A DNA stretch of 33,508 nucleotides from an uncultured Roseivirgaceae bacterium (lineage in GTDB: Bacteria > Bacteroidota > Bacteroidia > Cytophagales > Cyclobacteriaceae), in the NCBI GenBank assembly GCA_964537375.1, contig CAZIAG010000001.1, positions 1-33,508 of the forward strand. Reading direction: 5' to 3'. Shown one piece after another: positions 8,934 to 18,927 of this stretch; position 1 is the stretch's first letter, and the number at the start of each line of letters is the position of its first letter. The notes below the pieces were generated by a model. That model was given only the letters and a program-made list of their open reading frames with translations, did no database searches and had not been told where the DNA came from. The position numbers were made by a program, and so were the translations under genes.

Positions 8934-11657
8934 ATGGAAAAGCCGGCCAAAAAACTCTTCCTTCTCGACGCCTATGCTCTGGTTTACCGGGCGCATTTTG
9001 CTTTCACTAAAACCCCGCGGATCAACTCCAAGGGCGTAAACACATCCGTGCCGTTTGGCTTCACCAACACGTTGCTGGAGGTGATCACAAAACAGAAACC
9101 CACCCACATCGGCGTCGCTTTCGATACATCCGCAAAAACATTCCGCGACGAGATCTACGCCGACTACAAAGCGACCCGGCAGGAGACGCCGGAGGATATC
9201 CGCTATGGCGTACCGAAAGTGAAGGAGATCATCCGCGGCTTCAACATCCCAATTCTCGAACTCGACGGTTACGAAGCAGACGACATTATCGGCACGCTCG
9301 CCGGCCAGGCGTGCAAGCAGGGGTTTGAGGTGTACATGATGACACCTGACAAAGATTTTGGTCAGCTCGTCAACGAATGTGTTTTCCTTTACAAGCCGGC
9401 CTACATGGGGAACGCCGTTGACGTACTCGGGGTGAAGGAGGTATGCGAAAAATGGGATATTGAGAACGTCGCGCAGGTCACGGACATTCTGGGTTTGCAG
9501 GGCGATAGTTCGGACAACATTCCCGGTATTCCCGGAATTGGACCAAAGACAGCGGCAGCGCTCATCAAGAAGTACGGCTCCGTAGAAAACGCTGTGGCGC
9601 ACGCGCATGAGTTGAAGGGCAAACAAAAGGAACTATTGGAAACCTACGGTGAACAAGCCATCCTCTCGAAAAAACTGGCCACCATCATCACGGATGTTCC
9701 CATCGCGTTTGACGAAGAGCAGTTGCGATACACCGGCCCCTCCGTGGATGTATTGAAACCCATCTTCGACGACCTCGAATTCAAGGCGATCGCTGCGCGG
9801 GCATTTGCAGATATTCCCGGGGTTGCTCCTCCTCAGAAAAGTCAATCGACCCAACAGTTGTCGATGTTCGGGCAGGGCCCATCCGGCGCTGTGCTGCAAA
9901 AGGAGGCATTCGCCCCGGAAAATGTCCAATACTTCGCGGCCGACCTGCCTGACCTTCGCAAGGCGCTGGTGGAGAAACTATGTCAACAGAAGCTCGTCGC
10001 CATTGAAAGCATCACCGACGATGCGGCGAACTTCGATTTCCGCCTGAAGGGCTTCTCTTTCTCCTGGAAAGCGAACGAAGCGCATTTTGTTCCCGTCACC
10101 GTTGCCGATGCTGGAGAAATTGTCGGAGAATTGAAACCGCTCTTTGAAAGTGAGAACATCGCCAAGGTCGGACACAACCTGAAGAGCACCATGCTCATTC
10201 TGCACAAGCACGGAGCAGAACTCAAGGGCAAGCTCTTCGACACCATGCTGGCGCACTATCTCATTGAGCCGGAGGCATCGCATGCATTGCCGGTTTTGTG
10301 TTCTCAGTATCTCGGTTACGAGATGCTCTCCGACCCTGATTCCAAAAACAAAGACCAGGTATGTGAACGCGCCGATAAGGTATTGCAAATACATCCGCAC
10401 ATCGAAAAGGATCTTGCGTCCCGAAGCCACGACAAACTTATGACTGAAGTGGAGATGCCTTTGGCCAAAGTACTGGCCGCAATGGAATTCGAGGGCGTGC
10501 GGGTCGATGTGCAGGCGCTCAACAAAATGTCGGAGGAACTGAAAAAGGAAATCGAACGTGTCCAGCGCGAGATTTACCAGATCGCCGGCGTTGAATTCAA
10601 CATCGGATCTCCCAAGCAACTCGGCGAGGTCCTTTTCGAAAAGATGAAGCTGCTCGAGAAGCCGAAGAAGACAAAATCCGGGCAGTACGCCACCGGGGAA
10701 GATGTGTTGCTGGGACTTGCAGGCGAACACGAGATTGCCCGCAAGATCCTGGACTACCGCGAGTATGACAAACTCCGCTCCACCTACGTAGAGGCGTTGC
10801 CGAGGATGATCAGCCAGTACGATGGCCGAATACATACCGACTATAGGCAGGCGTGGGCCGTGACGGGACGGTTGAGTTCCAACAACCCCAACCTGCAAAA
10901 CATTCCCATCCGCACTGAAAAAGGCCGGCAAATCCGAAAGGCATTCGTCCCCCGCAACGAGGAGTTTCTCTTCATGTCGGCAGACTATTCCCAGATCGAA
11001 CTGAGAATTGCGGCTTCCTTTGCAAAGGACGAGACGATGATCGAAGCGTTCCGCACAAAGCGGGATATCCACACGACGACGGCTGCGAAAGTATTCAAGG
11101 TTTCGCCTGAAGAGGTAACGCCAGATATGAGACGGAAAGCAAAGGAGGTGAACTTCGGAATTCTCTACGGAAGCTCTGCCTTCGGTCTGGCGCAGAACCT
11201 CGGTATCCCGCGTTCAGAGGCTGCAGAGATCATCAAAGCATACTTCCAGGAGTTCTCCGCGATCAAGAAGTATATGGATGACTCCATCAACAAGGCACGC
11301 GAGAAAGAGTATGTCGAAACCATCCTCGGTCGCAGGCGATACCTCCGTGATATCAACTCGCGGAATATGGCCACCCGCGGATTTGCTGAGCGCAACGCCA
11401 TCAATGCGCCCATTCAGGGAAGCGCCGCCGACATCATTAAAATCGCCATGGTGAACATCCACGACTGGCTTACCCGTGAAAAACTGAAGACGCGAATGAT
11501 CCTCCAGGTCCACGACGAACTCGTTTTCGATCTCCATAAGTCCGAAGTCGACCTGGTCAAAGAAAAGGTGAAGGAACTGATGTGCGGCGCCGTCCAGCTT
11601 GAAGTGCCCATGGAAGTCGAGGTCGGCGTGGGTGAGAACTGGCTTGAAGCGCATTGA
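8934..11657 (+). CDS. polA: DNA polymerase I
   Basis: 5'-3' exonuclease motifs (LLDAYALVYRA, GYEADD, DKDF, GDSSDNIPG), TGRLSS..PNLQNIP, motif A SADYSQIELR, motif B KEVNFGILYG, motif C QVHDEL. Confidence 0.98.
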   Translation: MEKPAKKLFLLDAYALVYRAHFAFTKTPRINSKGVNTSVPFGFTNTLLEVITKQKPTHIGVAFDTSAKTFRDEIYADYKATRQETPEDIRYGVPKVKEIIRGFNIPILELDGYEADDIIGTLAGQACKQGFEVYMMTPDKDFGQLVNECVFLYKPAYMGNAVDVLGVKEVCEKWDIENVAQVTDILGLQGDSSDNIPGIPGIGPKTAAALIKKYGSVENAVAHAHELKGKQKELLETYGEQAILSKKLATIITDVPIAFDEEQLRYTGPSVDVLKPIFDDLEFKAIAARAFADIPGVAPPQKSQSTQQLSMFGQGPSGAVLQKEAFAPENVQYFAADLPDLRKALVEKLCQQKLVAIESITDDAANFDFRLKGFSFSWKANEAHFVPVTVADAGEIVGELKPLFESENIAKVGHNLKSTMLILHKHGAELKGKLFDTMLAHYLIEPEASHALPVLCSQYLGYEMLSDPDSKNKDQVCERADKVLQIHPHIEKDLASRSHDKLMTEVEMPLAKVLAAMEFEGVRVDVQALNKMSEELKKEIERVQREIYQIAGVEFNIGSPKQLGEVLFEKMKLLEKPKKTKSGQYATGEDVLLGLAGEHEIARKILDYREYDKLRSTYVEALPRMISQYDGRIHTDYRQAWAVTGRLSSNNPNLQNIPIRTEKGRQIRKAFVPRNEEFLFMSADYSQIELRIAASFAKDETMIEAFRTKRDIHTTTAAKVFKVSPEEVTPDMRRKAKEVNFGILYGSSAFGLAQNLGIPRSEAAEIIKAYFQEFSAIKKYMDDSINKAREKEYVETILGRRRYLRDINSRNMATRGFAERNAINAPIQGSAADIIKIAMVNIHDWLTREKLKTRMILQVHDELVFDLHKSEVDLVKEKVKELMCGAVQLEVPMEVEVGVGENWLEAH

Positions 11658-11883
11658 CATTAAGGGTGCGGGCATCGAAAAAATCTCGGCGAGACTTGAC
11701 GCAAGAGCGCCAGCATCGTCACCGGTTTTCCAGTCACCGGTCTGGTCATCTCTCGGGAAAATACCTCTGCGGATTTCCCTACACAGACTGCCAGGCAGGC
11801 GAACGGGCAGTCTTGCCCCGGATCCCACTATTTTTTTCAATCCAAGTCAGCGTTAAAAACAGCACGGAAACTATTTTAGCCAA

Positions 11884-12837
11884 ATGAATCACTTCATCAC
11901 CGCACAGTCGATACTCGAGGCACACGAACGCATCAAACCTTACGTTCTGCGCACGCCCATTCTTACTTCCGATGAACTTAATGAGCTTACGGGAGTCGAG
12001 GTCTTTCTCAAATGCGAGAACCTGCAAAAGGTTGGTGCGTTTAAGGCACGAGGCGCAACCAATGCTGTCCTGCAACTTTCGGACTCGGCGCGCGCTCGCG
12101 GAGTAGCTACGCATTCCAGTGGCAACCACGCCCAGGCATTGGCGCGCGCCGCGAAGATGCTGAACATTCCCTCCTACATCGTTATGCCACGAACAGCGCC
12201 GGAAATCAAGAAGGCCGGGGTACATCGCTACGGAGGGGAAATTTTCGAATGTGAACCCACACTTGATGCACGCGAGAAGACACTGGGCGGCGTCATCGAA
12301 AAGACCGGCGCGACGGAGATCCATCCTTTCAATAACTACGATGTCATGACAGGCCAGGCCACGGCCGCCAAGGAACTCCTTGATGATGTCGCAGACCTCG
12401 ACGTTATCATGGCTCCTGTCGGCGGGGGAGGCCTCCTCAGCGGCGCAGCCCTGGCAGCGAAGTTCTTCTCTCCAAAAACACGTGTCATTGCCGGGGAACC
12501 TGCCGGTGCTGATGATACATACCGGTCGTTGCAGAGTGGAAAGATCGAGCCATCTCAGTCCAACACCATCGCCGACGGACTTCTCACAACCCTCGGCGAC
12601 AAGACGTTTGCCATCATCCGCGAAAACGTGAAGGAAGTAATCACCGTAACCGATGAAGAAATAATCTCTGCGATGCGGCTGGCCTGGGAGAAACTAAAGA
12701 TCATCGTCGAACCTTCCGGCGTTGTACCGCTTGCCGCCTTGGTCAAGGCTGCGGACAAGTTTCGCTCACAACGTGTGGGGATTATTTTATCCGGCGGCAA
12801 CGTGGACCTCAAACGGGCCTTCCAACTTTTGACGTAG
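11884..12837 (+). CDS. PLP-dependent serine/threonine dehydratase / serine racemase-like enzyme (no ACT domain)
   Basis: FLKCENLQKVGAFKARGA (PLP lysine), HSSGNHAQ, VGGGGL, VEPSG, SGGNVD. Confidence 0.9.
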   Translation: MNHFITAQSILEAHERIKPYVLRTPILTSDELNELTGVEVFLKCENLQKVGAFKARGATNAVLQLSDSARARGVATHSSGNHAQALARAAKMLNIPSYIVMPRTAPEIKKAGVHRYGGEIFECEPTLDAREKTLGGVIEKTGATEIHPFNNYDVMTGQATAAKELLDDVADLDVIMAPVGGGGLLSGAALAAKFFSPKTRVIAGEPAGADDTYRSLQSGKIEPSQSNTIADGLLTTLGDKTFAIIRENVKEVITVTDEEIISAMRLAWEKLKIIVEPSGVVPLAALVKAADKFRSQRVGIILSGGNVDLKRAFQLLT

Positions 12838-12840
12838 TCC

Positions 12841-12868
12841 GTGGACGGTGGACAGTGAAGATGGACAG
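12841..12868. repeat. Degenerate heptamer run GTGGACG GTGGACA GTGAAGA TGGACAG
   Basis: Read directly between two convergent stop codons. Confidence 0.5.
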
Positions 12869-12885
12869 TTGTGAGTCGGCCAGTC

Positions 12886-13677
12886 TCACGTCAACAACCA
12901 CATCAATCCCTTAACCACGTACTGGATCGAGATCGTATAAATGAGGTAAAGCACGCTCCCCTTGAGAAGCGTCCGGCCCCAGCTTTGCTGAAAGAAGCCT
13001 TTGTATGCAAACATGGTGTACGTCCACATCAGGAAGGAGTACAACATGATCCAAAGAATGACCAATGACGGCGCCAGCATGAACGGAAGCAGGCCAAACG
13101 GGAAAAAGTACAAACTGCCCTGTGCCGATACACCAATGTTGAGAACAAGGCTCTCCGCAAAATTCATTCGTGATTTGTAGAAGAATAGCCAACTCAGCAG
13201 AGCGAGGAGAGGAATGAATATCGCGTTGACAACCCTCGAATTATCGCTGACAAACGCAACGGCTTTACTGTTCTCCTGCATCGAAACATCAGGAGGTACA
13301 GTTTCGCCTGCCGCGGCGGCAGCGTCCTTTATGAGCTGTTCAATGGATTCGTTGAAGGCCGGGAAAATTTCCACCTTGGAGGAAACCATCACCTGAATAG
13401 CGGTGATAATTAGAAAGTAGGTAATGGGACTAAAATATTTCTTCCGCTTGCCCATCACATACTCGCGCATGGCCAGCCCCGGTCTAAGAAACATTTCCTT
13501 TACCAGGAACAGGATGCCGCGATCCGTATGCGTGATTGCATGAAACAACTCGTGGAGAAAGTGTTTGATCGTGAACCGGTGAGTGTCCGCCTTTTGCGAA
13601 CAATTCGGGCAAAACCTGCCGTCAAAGACTGTTTCACAGTTCTTGCAGGTGACAGCCACGTCCTGGGCGACTTCCAT
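12886..13677 (-). CDS. DUF3667 membrane protein with N-terminal zinc ribbon
   Basis: Start reassigned to the ATG at 13677 (MEVAQ). CKNC...FCPNCSQK, RPG...Y..GKRKKYFSP, then several TM helices. Confidence 0.88.
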   Translation of the reverse strand: MEVAQDVAVTCKNCETVFDGRFCPNCSQKADTHRFTIKHFLHELFHAITHTDRGILFLVKEMFLRPGLAMREYVMGKRKKYFSPITYFLIITAIQVMVSSKVEIFPAFNESIEQLIKDAAAAAGETVPPDVSMQENSKAVAFVSDNSRVVNAIFIPLLALLSWLFFYKSRMNFAESLVLNIGVSAQGSLYFFPFGLLPFMLAPSLVILWIMLYSFLMWTYTMFAYKGFFQQSWGRTLLKGSVLYLIYTISIQYVVKGLMWLLT

Positions 13678-13717
13678 AGAGATTTGGTTGGTAAAACACA
13701 AGATCGCATTTCCATAC

Positions 13718-13748
13718 AAAAAAAACCACTTCCTGAAGAAGTGGTTTT
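13718..13748 (-). terminator. Intrinsic terminator after the second M1 peptidase
   Basis: 11-bp perfect stem AAAACCACTTC/GAAGTGGTTTT with a 5-nt loop, followed by a T-run on the minus strand. Confidence 0.8.
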
Positions 13749-13781
13749 CCAAAGACCATATTCGCGGACGTCAGTCCAAGG

Positions 13782-16016
13782 TTAGTTCTCCTTCTTAAAT
13801 CGATCAAACCGCGAATCAATAATGCGCTTGGGGAAGACGTTATTCCGAATTTCAACGTCAGCCAATTCGGCGTTAGGGTCGAAAACGATGTTCACGACTT
13901 CCTTTTCCTTGACGAACACCTTGGTGACTTCCGTTTCATTCAATCTCCAAATCTCTGCCGGTATCTTTTCAATTTCCTTAGTCCCATCCTTGTAGGTCCA
14001 TTCGATGATCAACGGCGTAACAAGTCCGCCCACGTTCCGGAACGTAATCTGATAGATATTTTTTCCGGCCAGCTGTCTTCGAACGTCGTCGTCATTGATC
14101 CGACTCCGGAATTCACCGTAGAGCTGGTCGGGTGTATTCACCACCGTGAACTCCTGCGGCCCGTTGCTGAAGTCAGTCGCCGTCCCGTTCCCTCCTGATG
14201 CTGAGAGTTCACCCTGTCCGGCCCGAACGGTCTTCCGCTCCGGGTCCGCCTCGACGTCCTTCATCCTGAACCACTTTACGTCGTGAATGGCAACATCCAC
14301 GTTGTCCACGCTGTAGAACCAACCACGCCAGAACCAGTCGAGGTCCACGGCCGAGGCATCTTCCATCGTACGGAAAAAGTCTGCGGGCTTTGGATGTTTG
14401 AATGCCCAACGGTTCGCGTATTCTTTCAGCGCCTGGTCAAACAACTCCGGGCCCATCACCGTTTCGCGAAGAATGGTCAAGGCAGCGGCAGGTTTCGAAT
14501 AACCATTGCCGCCAAAATAGCGCCCCTGATTGTCGGAGCCGGCCATGATCGGTCGCATCATGGACTTGTCACCGCGCATAAACGGGACGATTCCCCTGGG
14601 CGTATTGTCAGAGTGATCCAGGTGGGGGTACCGGATGCGCATCGTTTCCTTTTCAAGGAACGAATTTAACCCCTCGTCCATCCATGTCGACTCGCGCTCA
14701 TCGGAATTGACGATCATCGGAAAGTAGTTGTGTCCTACTTCATGAATGATGACCGCAATCAGGTACGTGAGCTTGCCTTCTGAAATGTATCCATTCTTGT
14801 CCGGACGTCCGGCGTTAAATGAGATCATCGGATATTCCATTCCTCCGCCGACCCAGTTGACCGAGATCGCGGTCGGATAGGGGTACTCGAATGTGCGTTC
14901 GGTATAAATATCCAGCGCATCCTTCACCGCGCGCGTGGAGACCTCCCCCCAGGTAGGATTTCCTTCCTTCGGATAAAACGACTGCGCCAGCACGGTCTTG
15001 CTTCCGTTCTTCACCGCCATGGCATCCCAGATAAATTTTCTGGATGAGGCAAAAGCAAAGTCGCGAACTTGCTCGGCGTGAAACACCCAGGTACTCTTTT
15101 TAGATGAGCGCTGTTTCTCTTTTTTCCGCGCTTCGTCCTCGGAAACGATCAGTACAGGCTTATCAAATGTCTCCTGCGCCTTCTTGAATCGTTGAATTTG
15201 TTCTGGTGTAAGAACTTCGGTCGGATTCTGAAGCCAGCCGGTCGCGGCCACGAGGTGATCGGAGGGTACGGTGATGCGCACTTTGTAGTCGCCAAACACG
15301 AGGCTGAACTCACCGGCGCCGAGGAACTGTTTGTTTTGCCAGCCTTCGTAGTCGTCAAAGACACACATCCGGGGGAACCATTGGGCAACATGGTAAATGT
15401 AATTCCCGTCCTCCGGGAAGTATTCGTATCCGCCGCGTTCGTCGTAGTTCATCCGGTCCTTTTCCTTGTAGCTCCACTCGATGGAAAGCGAGTAACGTTC
15501 ACCCGTCTTCAGCGGCTCGGGCAGATCAACGCGCATCATGGTGAAGTTGATCAGGTAGGGCAGCGACTGACCGGTCTTCGCATCCTTTACCGATTTGATC
15601 CTGAAACCTCCGTCATAGGGAATTACCGCCTGCGTAACGGGGAACCGCGTCGCCGGGATGGAATCCCGAATGCGGTTTGTCTGTGTTAGCTCGGTCATGC
15701 TTCCCTTCGACACGTTGTTCTGGTCAAGCTGGAGCCACAAATAGCGGAGTGTCTCCGGCGAATTGTTATGGTATGTTATCGTTTCTTTTCCGGTGATGGT
15801 TTGTGTTTCGTCGTTGAGTTCAACGTCGATTTCGTAGTCGGCTTGCTGTTGCCAATAGTTCGGCCCGGGCGCTCCTGACGCTGACCGGTAGCTGTTCGGC
15901 GTCGGCAGCAGGTGGTCCAGTTGTTCGAATTTTCCCTTCCACTCCTCTTGTGCATATACCGTCACCATTGTGACAGTCACGGCGGCAAGTACAAAAATCG
16001 TCCTGATTGTTTTCAT
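13782..16016 (-). CDS. M1 family zinc metallopeptidase (paralog 2), secreted
   Basis: Start reassigned to 16016 (MKTIRTIF, signal peptide). GGMEYP, HEVGHNYF...WMDEG (HEXXH-18-E), YSKPA. Confidence 0.93.
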   Translation of the reverse strand: MKTIRTIFVLAAVTVTMVTVYAQEEWKGKFEQLDHLLPTPNSYRSASGAPGPNYWQQQADYEIDVELNDETQTITGKETITYHNNSPETLRYLWLQLDQNNVSKGSMTELTQTNRIRDSIPATRFPVTQAVIPYDGGFRIKSVKDAKTGQSLPYLINFTMMRVDLPEPLKTGERYSLSIEWSYKEKDRMNYDERGGYEYFPEDGNYIYHVAQWFPRMCVFDDYEGWQNKQFLGAGEFSLVFGDYKVRITVPSDHLVAATGWLQNPTEVLTPEQIQRFKKAQETFDKPVLIVSEDEARKKEKQRSSKKSTWVFHAEQVRDFAFASSRKFIWDAMAVKNGSKTVLAQSFYPKEGNPTWGEVSTRAVKDALDIYTERTFEYPYPTAISVNWVGGGMEYPMISFNAGRPDKNGYISEGKLTYLIAVIIHEVGHNYFPMIVNSDERESTWMDEGLNSFLEKETMRIRYPHLDHSDNTPRGIVPFMRGDKSMMRPIMAGSDNQGRYFGGNGYSKPAAALTILRETVMGPELFDQALKEYANRWAFKHPKPADFFRTMEDASAVDLDWFWRGWFYSVDNVDVAIHDVKWFRMKDVEADPERKTVRAGQGELSASGGNGTATDFSNGPQEFTVVNTPDQLYGEFRSRINDDDVRRQLAGKNIYQITFRNVGGLVTPLIIEWTYKDGTKEIEKIPAEIWRLNETEVTKVFVKEKEVVNIVFDPNAELADVEIRNNVFPKRIIDSRFDRFKKEN

Positions 16017-16030
16017 TATGGTTGGCATAA

Positions 16031-16055
16031 GAAAAGTGCCGGAAATTCCGGCACT
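16031..16055 (-). terminator. Hairpin between the two M1 genes (terminator/attenuator)
   Basis: Perfect inverted repeat AGTGCCGGAA-A-TTCCGGCACT followed by TTTC on the minus strand. Confidence 0.6.
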
Positions 16056-16075
16056 CATTATTTTCTACAATTTGT

Positions 16076-18322
16076 TTAGTCGTTCTTTCTTTTGAACTCG
16101 TCGAACCTGGACTCCTTTTCAACTTTCGGGAAGATATTGTTCTCGACGTTGATGTCCGCTGTTTCGGCGTTCGGATCCAACATCACGTTGACGACTTCTT
16201 TTTCCTTGACAAACACCTTGGTAACCTGGCGCTCGTTGAGTCGCCATATCTCGGCAGGAATCTTTTCAAGCTCGCGGGAACCGTCTTTGTAGGTCCACTC
16301 GATTATCACCGGCATCACGAGACCTCCCTTATTGGAAAGGGTGACCTCGTAGATATTCTTGCCTTCAAGCTTTTCAATGATGGCTTTGTCATCAACGCGG
16401 CTCAGGAAATCCCCATAAAGTCGCGGATCTGTTGCCACCAGGGTAAATTCCTCAGGTCCGTTGCTGAAGTCGTCGTAATTTCTCTCCCCTTTGTTTCCGG
16501 AACGAAGGTCGCCCGAGCGCGTCTTGACTCCCTTACCTTCCGGTTGTGCTTTTTGCGACTTGACCCGATACCATTTTATCTGATCAATGGCCTGGTCAGT
16601 AGCGTCGGTTGTATAGAACCAACCGCGCCAGAACCAGTCGAGGTCGACCGCGGACGCATCTTCAAGTGTTCTGAAAAGATCTGCAGGTTGCGGATGTTTG
16701 AAAGCCCATCGCTGCGCGTATTCCTTGAATGCCTTGTCGAAGAGTTCAGGTCCCATTACCGTTTCGCGAAGAATATTAAGCGCTGTTGCGGCCTTAGCAT
16801 ATTGCTCGTTGCCGAAATTCCTGCGGACAACCTGTTCAGAGTTCACCATGAGCGGGCGTTGCAGGTCCTTGCTGCTCTTCATATAGGGGACAATCATCGG
16901 GGCCGGTCCGCGTCGCTGCGGCATATCGGGATAATGTTCAACCTGGGTCAGATACTGTACGAATGTATTCAGCCCTTCGTCCATCCAGGTCCATTGACGT
17001 TCGTCACTGTTGATGATCATCGGGAAGAAGTTGTGCCCGACTTCGTGAACGATCACGCCGATCATTCCCCACTTCGTGCGGTCAGAATAATATCCATTCT
17101 CGTCAGGTCGTCCATAGTTGAAACAGATCATCGGATATTCCATCCCGAGTGAAGCACCGTGCACAGAAGTTGCCTGAGGATAAGGGTAATCAATCGTGTG
17201 CTTAGAGTAGGTGATCAGGGTGTTGCGCACCGCTTTGGTTGATTCGCGTTCCCATAGGGGATTGCCCTCCTTGGGATAGTACGACATCGCGAGCGGCGTC
17301 TTGTCGCCGATCTTCACGGCCTGCGCATCCCAGATAAATTTCCGGGAAGTCGCGAAAGCAAAGTCCCGAACGTTTTCCGCTTTGAATCGCCAGGTCTTTT
17401 TCTCCTTGGAACGTGTTTGCTCGCGTTTTTCGGCCTCTGCCTGTGTCGCAATGATCACCGGCTTATCAAATGAAGTCTTGGCCTTTTCAAAACGAGCGTA
17501 TTGTTCAGGGGTAAGAACTTCCTTGGGGTTCTGTACCATACCGGTTGCCGCCACGATATGATCGGCCGGCACGGTCAGGTTGACCTCATAGTCACCGAAC
17601 GTCAGCGCGAACTCGCCCTGACCCAGGAACTGTTTGTTTTGCCACCCGTCCACATCGTCGTAGACGCACATCCTGGGAAACCATTGAGCGATGATATAAA
17701 CGTAGTTGCCGTCTTTCGGGAAATATTCCATTCCGCTTCGGCCATCGTTAAGCGTATATCCACGAACACGGTCGTTGATGTTGAATGACCAGTCGACCGA
17801 GAAGACAAATTTTTCGCCAGGACGAAGGGGTGCCGGCAGATCGATCCTCATCATGGTTTGATTGATGGTGTATGGCAAAGCTTTTCCGGCTGCATCCTTC
17901 ACGGCCTTGATCTTATACCCTCCATCATAATCGTACAGGCCCAGTTCGCTTGCGATGCTGCGAGTTTCCACAGTGTCCTGGATCGTGCCGGTGACAATTT
18001 TTCTGTAGTCACCGTCAGCGCGGTTGATATTCTGGTCGAGTTGCAGCCAGAGGTAGCGCAAGGCGTCGGGCGAATTGTTGTGATAGGTGATGGTTTCAGA
18101 GCCCGTGATCGACTGGTTGTCATCGTTAAGTTCTGCGTTGATCACGTAGTCCGCTCGCTGTTGCCAGTACTTTGGCCCCGGAGCGCCGGACCCCGTCCGG
18201 TATTCGTTGGGCGTCGGTAACAGGTAATCGAGTTGCTCGAATTTGCCCTGCCATTGAGGTTCCTGAGCCCAGGCCCAAGACCCGGTCACGGTAAAGAGGA
18301 TGAGGAAAACGACCTTCTTCAT
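16076..18322 (-). CDS. M1 family zinc metallopeptidase (paralog 1), secreted
   Basis: Start reassigned to 18322 (MKKVVFLILF, signal peptide). LGMEYP, HEVGHNFF...WMDEG, QYAKAA. Confidence 0.93.
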   Translation of the reverse strand: MKKVVFLILFTVTGSWAWAQEPQWQGKFEQLDYLLPTPNEYRTGSGAPGPKYWQQRADYVINAELNDDNQSITGSETITYHNNSPDALRYLWLQLDQNINRADGDYRKIVTGTIQDTVETRSIASELGLYDYDGGYKIKAVKDAAGKALPYTINQTMMRIDLPAPLRPGEKFVFSVDWSFNINDRVRGYTLNDGRSGMEYFPKDGNYVYIIAQWFPRMCVYDDVDGWQNKQFLGQGEFALTFGDYEVNLTVPADHIVAATGMVQNPKEVLTPEQYARFEKAKTSFDKPVIIATQAEAEKREQTRSKEKKTWRFKAENVRDFAFATSRKFIWDAQAVKIGDKTPLAMSYYPKEGNPLWERESTKAVRNTLITYSKHTIDYPYPQATSVHGASLGMEYPMICFNYGRPDENGYYSDRTKWGMIGVIVHEVGHNFFPMIINSDERQWTWMDEGLNTFVQYLTQVEHYPDMPQRRGPAPMIVPYMKSSKDLQRPLMVNSEQVVRRNFGNEQYAKAATALNILRETVMGPELFDKAFKEYAQRWAFKHPQPADLFRTLEDASAVDLDWFWRGWFYTTDATDQAIDQIKWYRVKSQKAQPEGKGVKTRSGDLRSGNKGERNYDDFSNGPEEFTLVATDPRLYGDFLSRVDDKAIIEKLEGKNIYEVTLSNKGGLVMPVIIEWTYKDGSRELEKIPAEIWRLNERQVTKVFVKEKEVVNVMLDPNAETADINVENNIFPKVEKESRFDEFKRKND

Positions 18323-18336
18323 GTCTATGTATCCGA

Positions 18337-18927
18337 TTAATCTGTCCAAAATGCTTTTTCTTTCATAAGGATGAGGGCAATGCCAGCGACTGCCGAGGAG
18401 ATGACCATCCTCCAGTCACGCCGCTTGACTCCAATCAATTCAACCAATATAAAACTTGCCCCAAGGAAAATTGCAACAATTATTATCTGCCCTAACTCCA
18501 AACCGAGATTAAAGGCGAAAAGTTGTGACACGATGTTGTCGCGGCCGATGATCGCCCTGAAAAAATTCGAGAACCCCATGCCGTGTATCAGTCCGAAAAA
18601 GAACGCATACAAGTAGTTCATCTGCACACGGCGGTCGTGAATGCTGTCTTCAGACTTGAACAGGTTTGAAAATGCGGTAACAAAAATCGTCAGGGGAATA
18701 AGGAATTCCACCCACTCAGCCGAGACCCTGATTACGTCAAGCGCCACCAACGCCAAGGTAAGCGAGTGGGCAATCGTAAATGCGGTAACCAGGATGAGCA
18801 CCTTCTTCCAATCCCGGCTAATATATAGAGCACAGAGGGCTACGATAAAAAGGATATGGTCATATCCGTCGTTATAGTCCAGGATATGCTTCATGCCCTC
18901 TTCGAAGTAAACAGCGAACTGCGACAT
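18337..18927 (-). CDS. HupE/UreJ family membrane protein
   Basis: GMKHIL, GYDHILF, TAFTIAHSLTL, FGLIHGMGF, FNLGLELGQ; multi-TM. Confidence 0.9.
   Translation of the reverse strand: MSQFAVYFEEGMKHILDYNDGYDHILFIVALCALYISRDWKKVLILVTAFTIAHSLTLALVALDVIRVSAEWVEFLIPLTIFVTAFSNLFKSEDSIHDRRVQMNYLYAFFFGLIHGMGFSNFFRAIIGRDNIVSQLFAFNLGLELGQIIIVAIFLGASFILVELIGVKRRDWRMVISSAVAGIALILMKEKAFWTD

Noticed and set aside
9978-11072. 364-aa minus-strand ORF (also 8919-9626, 19770-20528, 32596-33144)
   Set aside because: Antisense shadows of polA, gldB and DPP-IV, as expected from codon bias.
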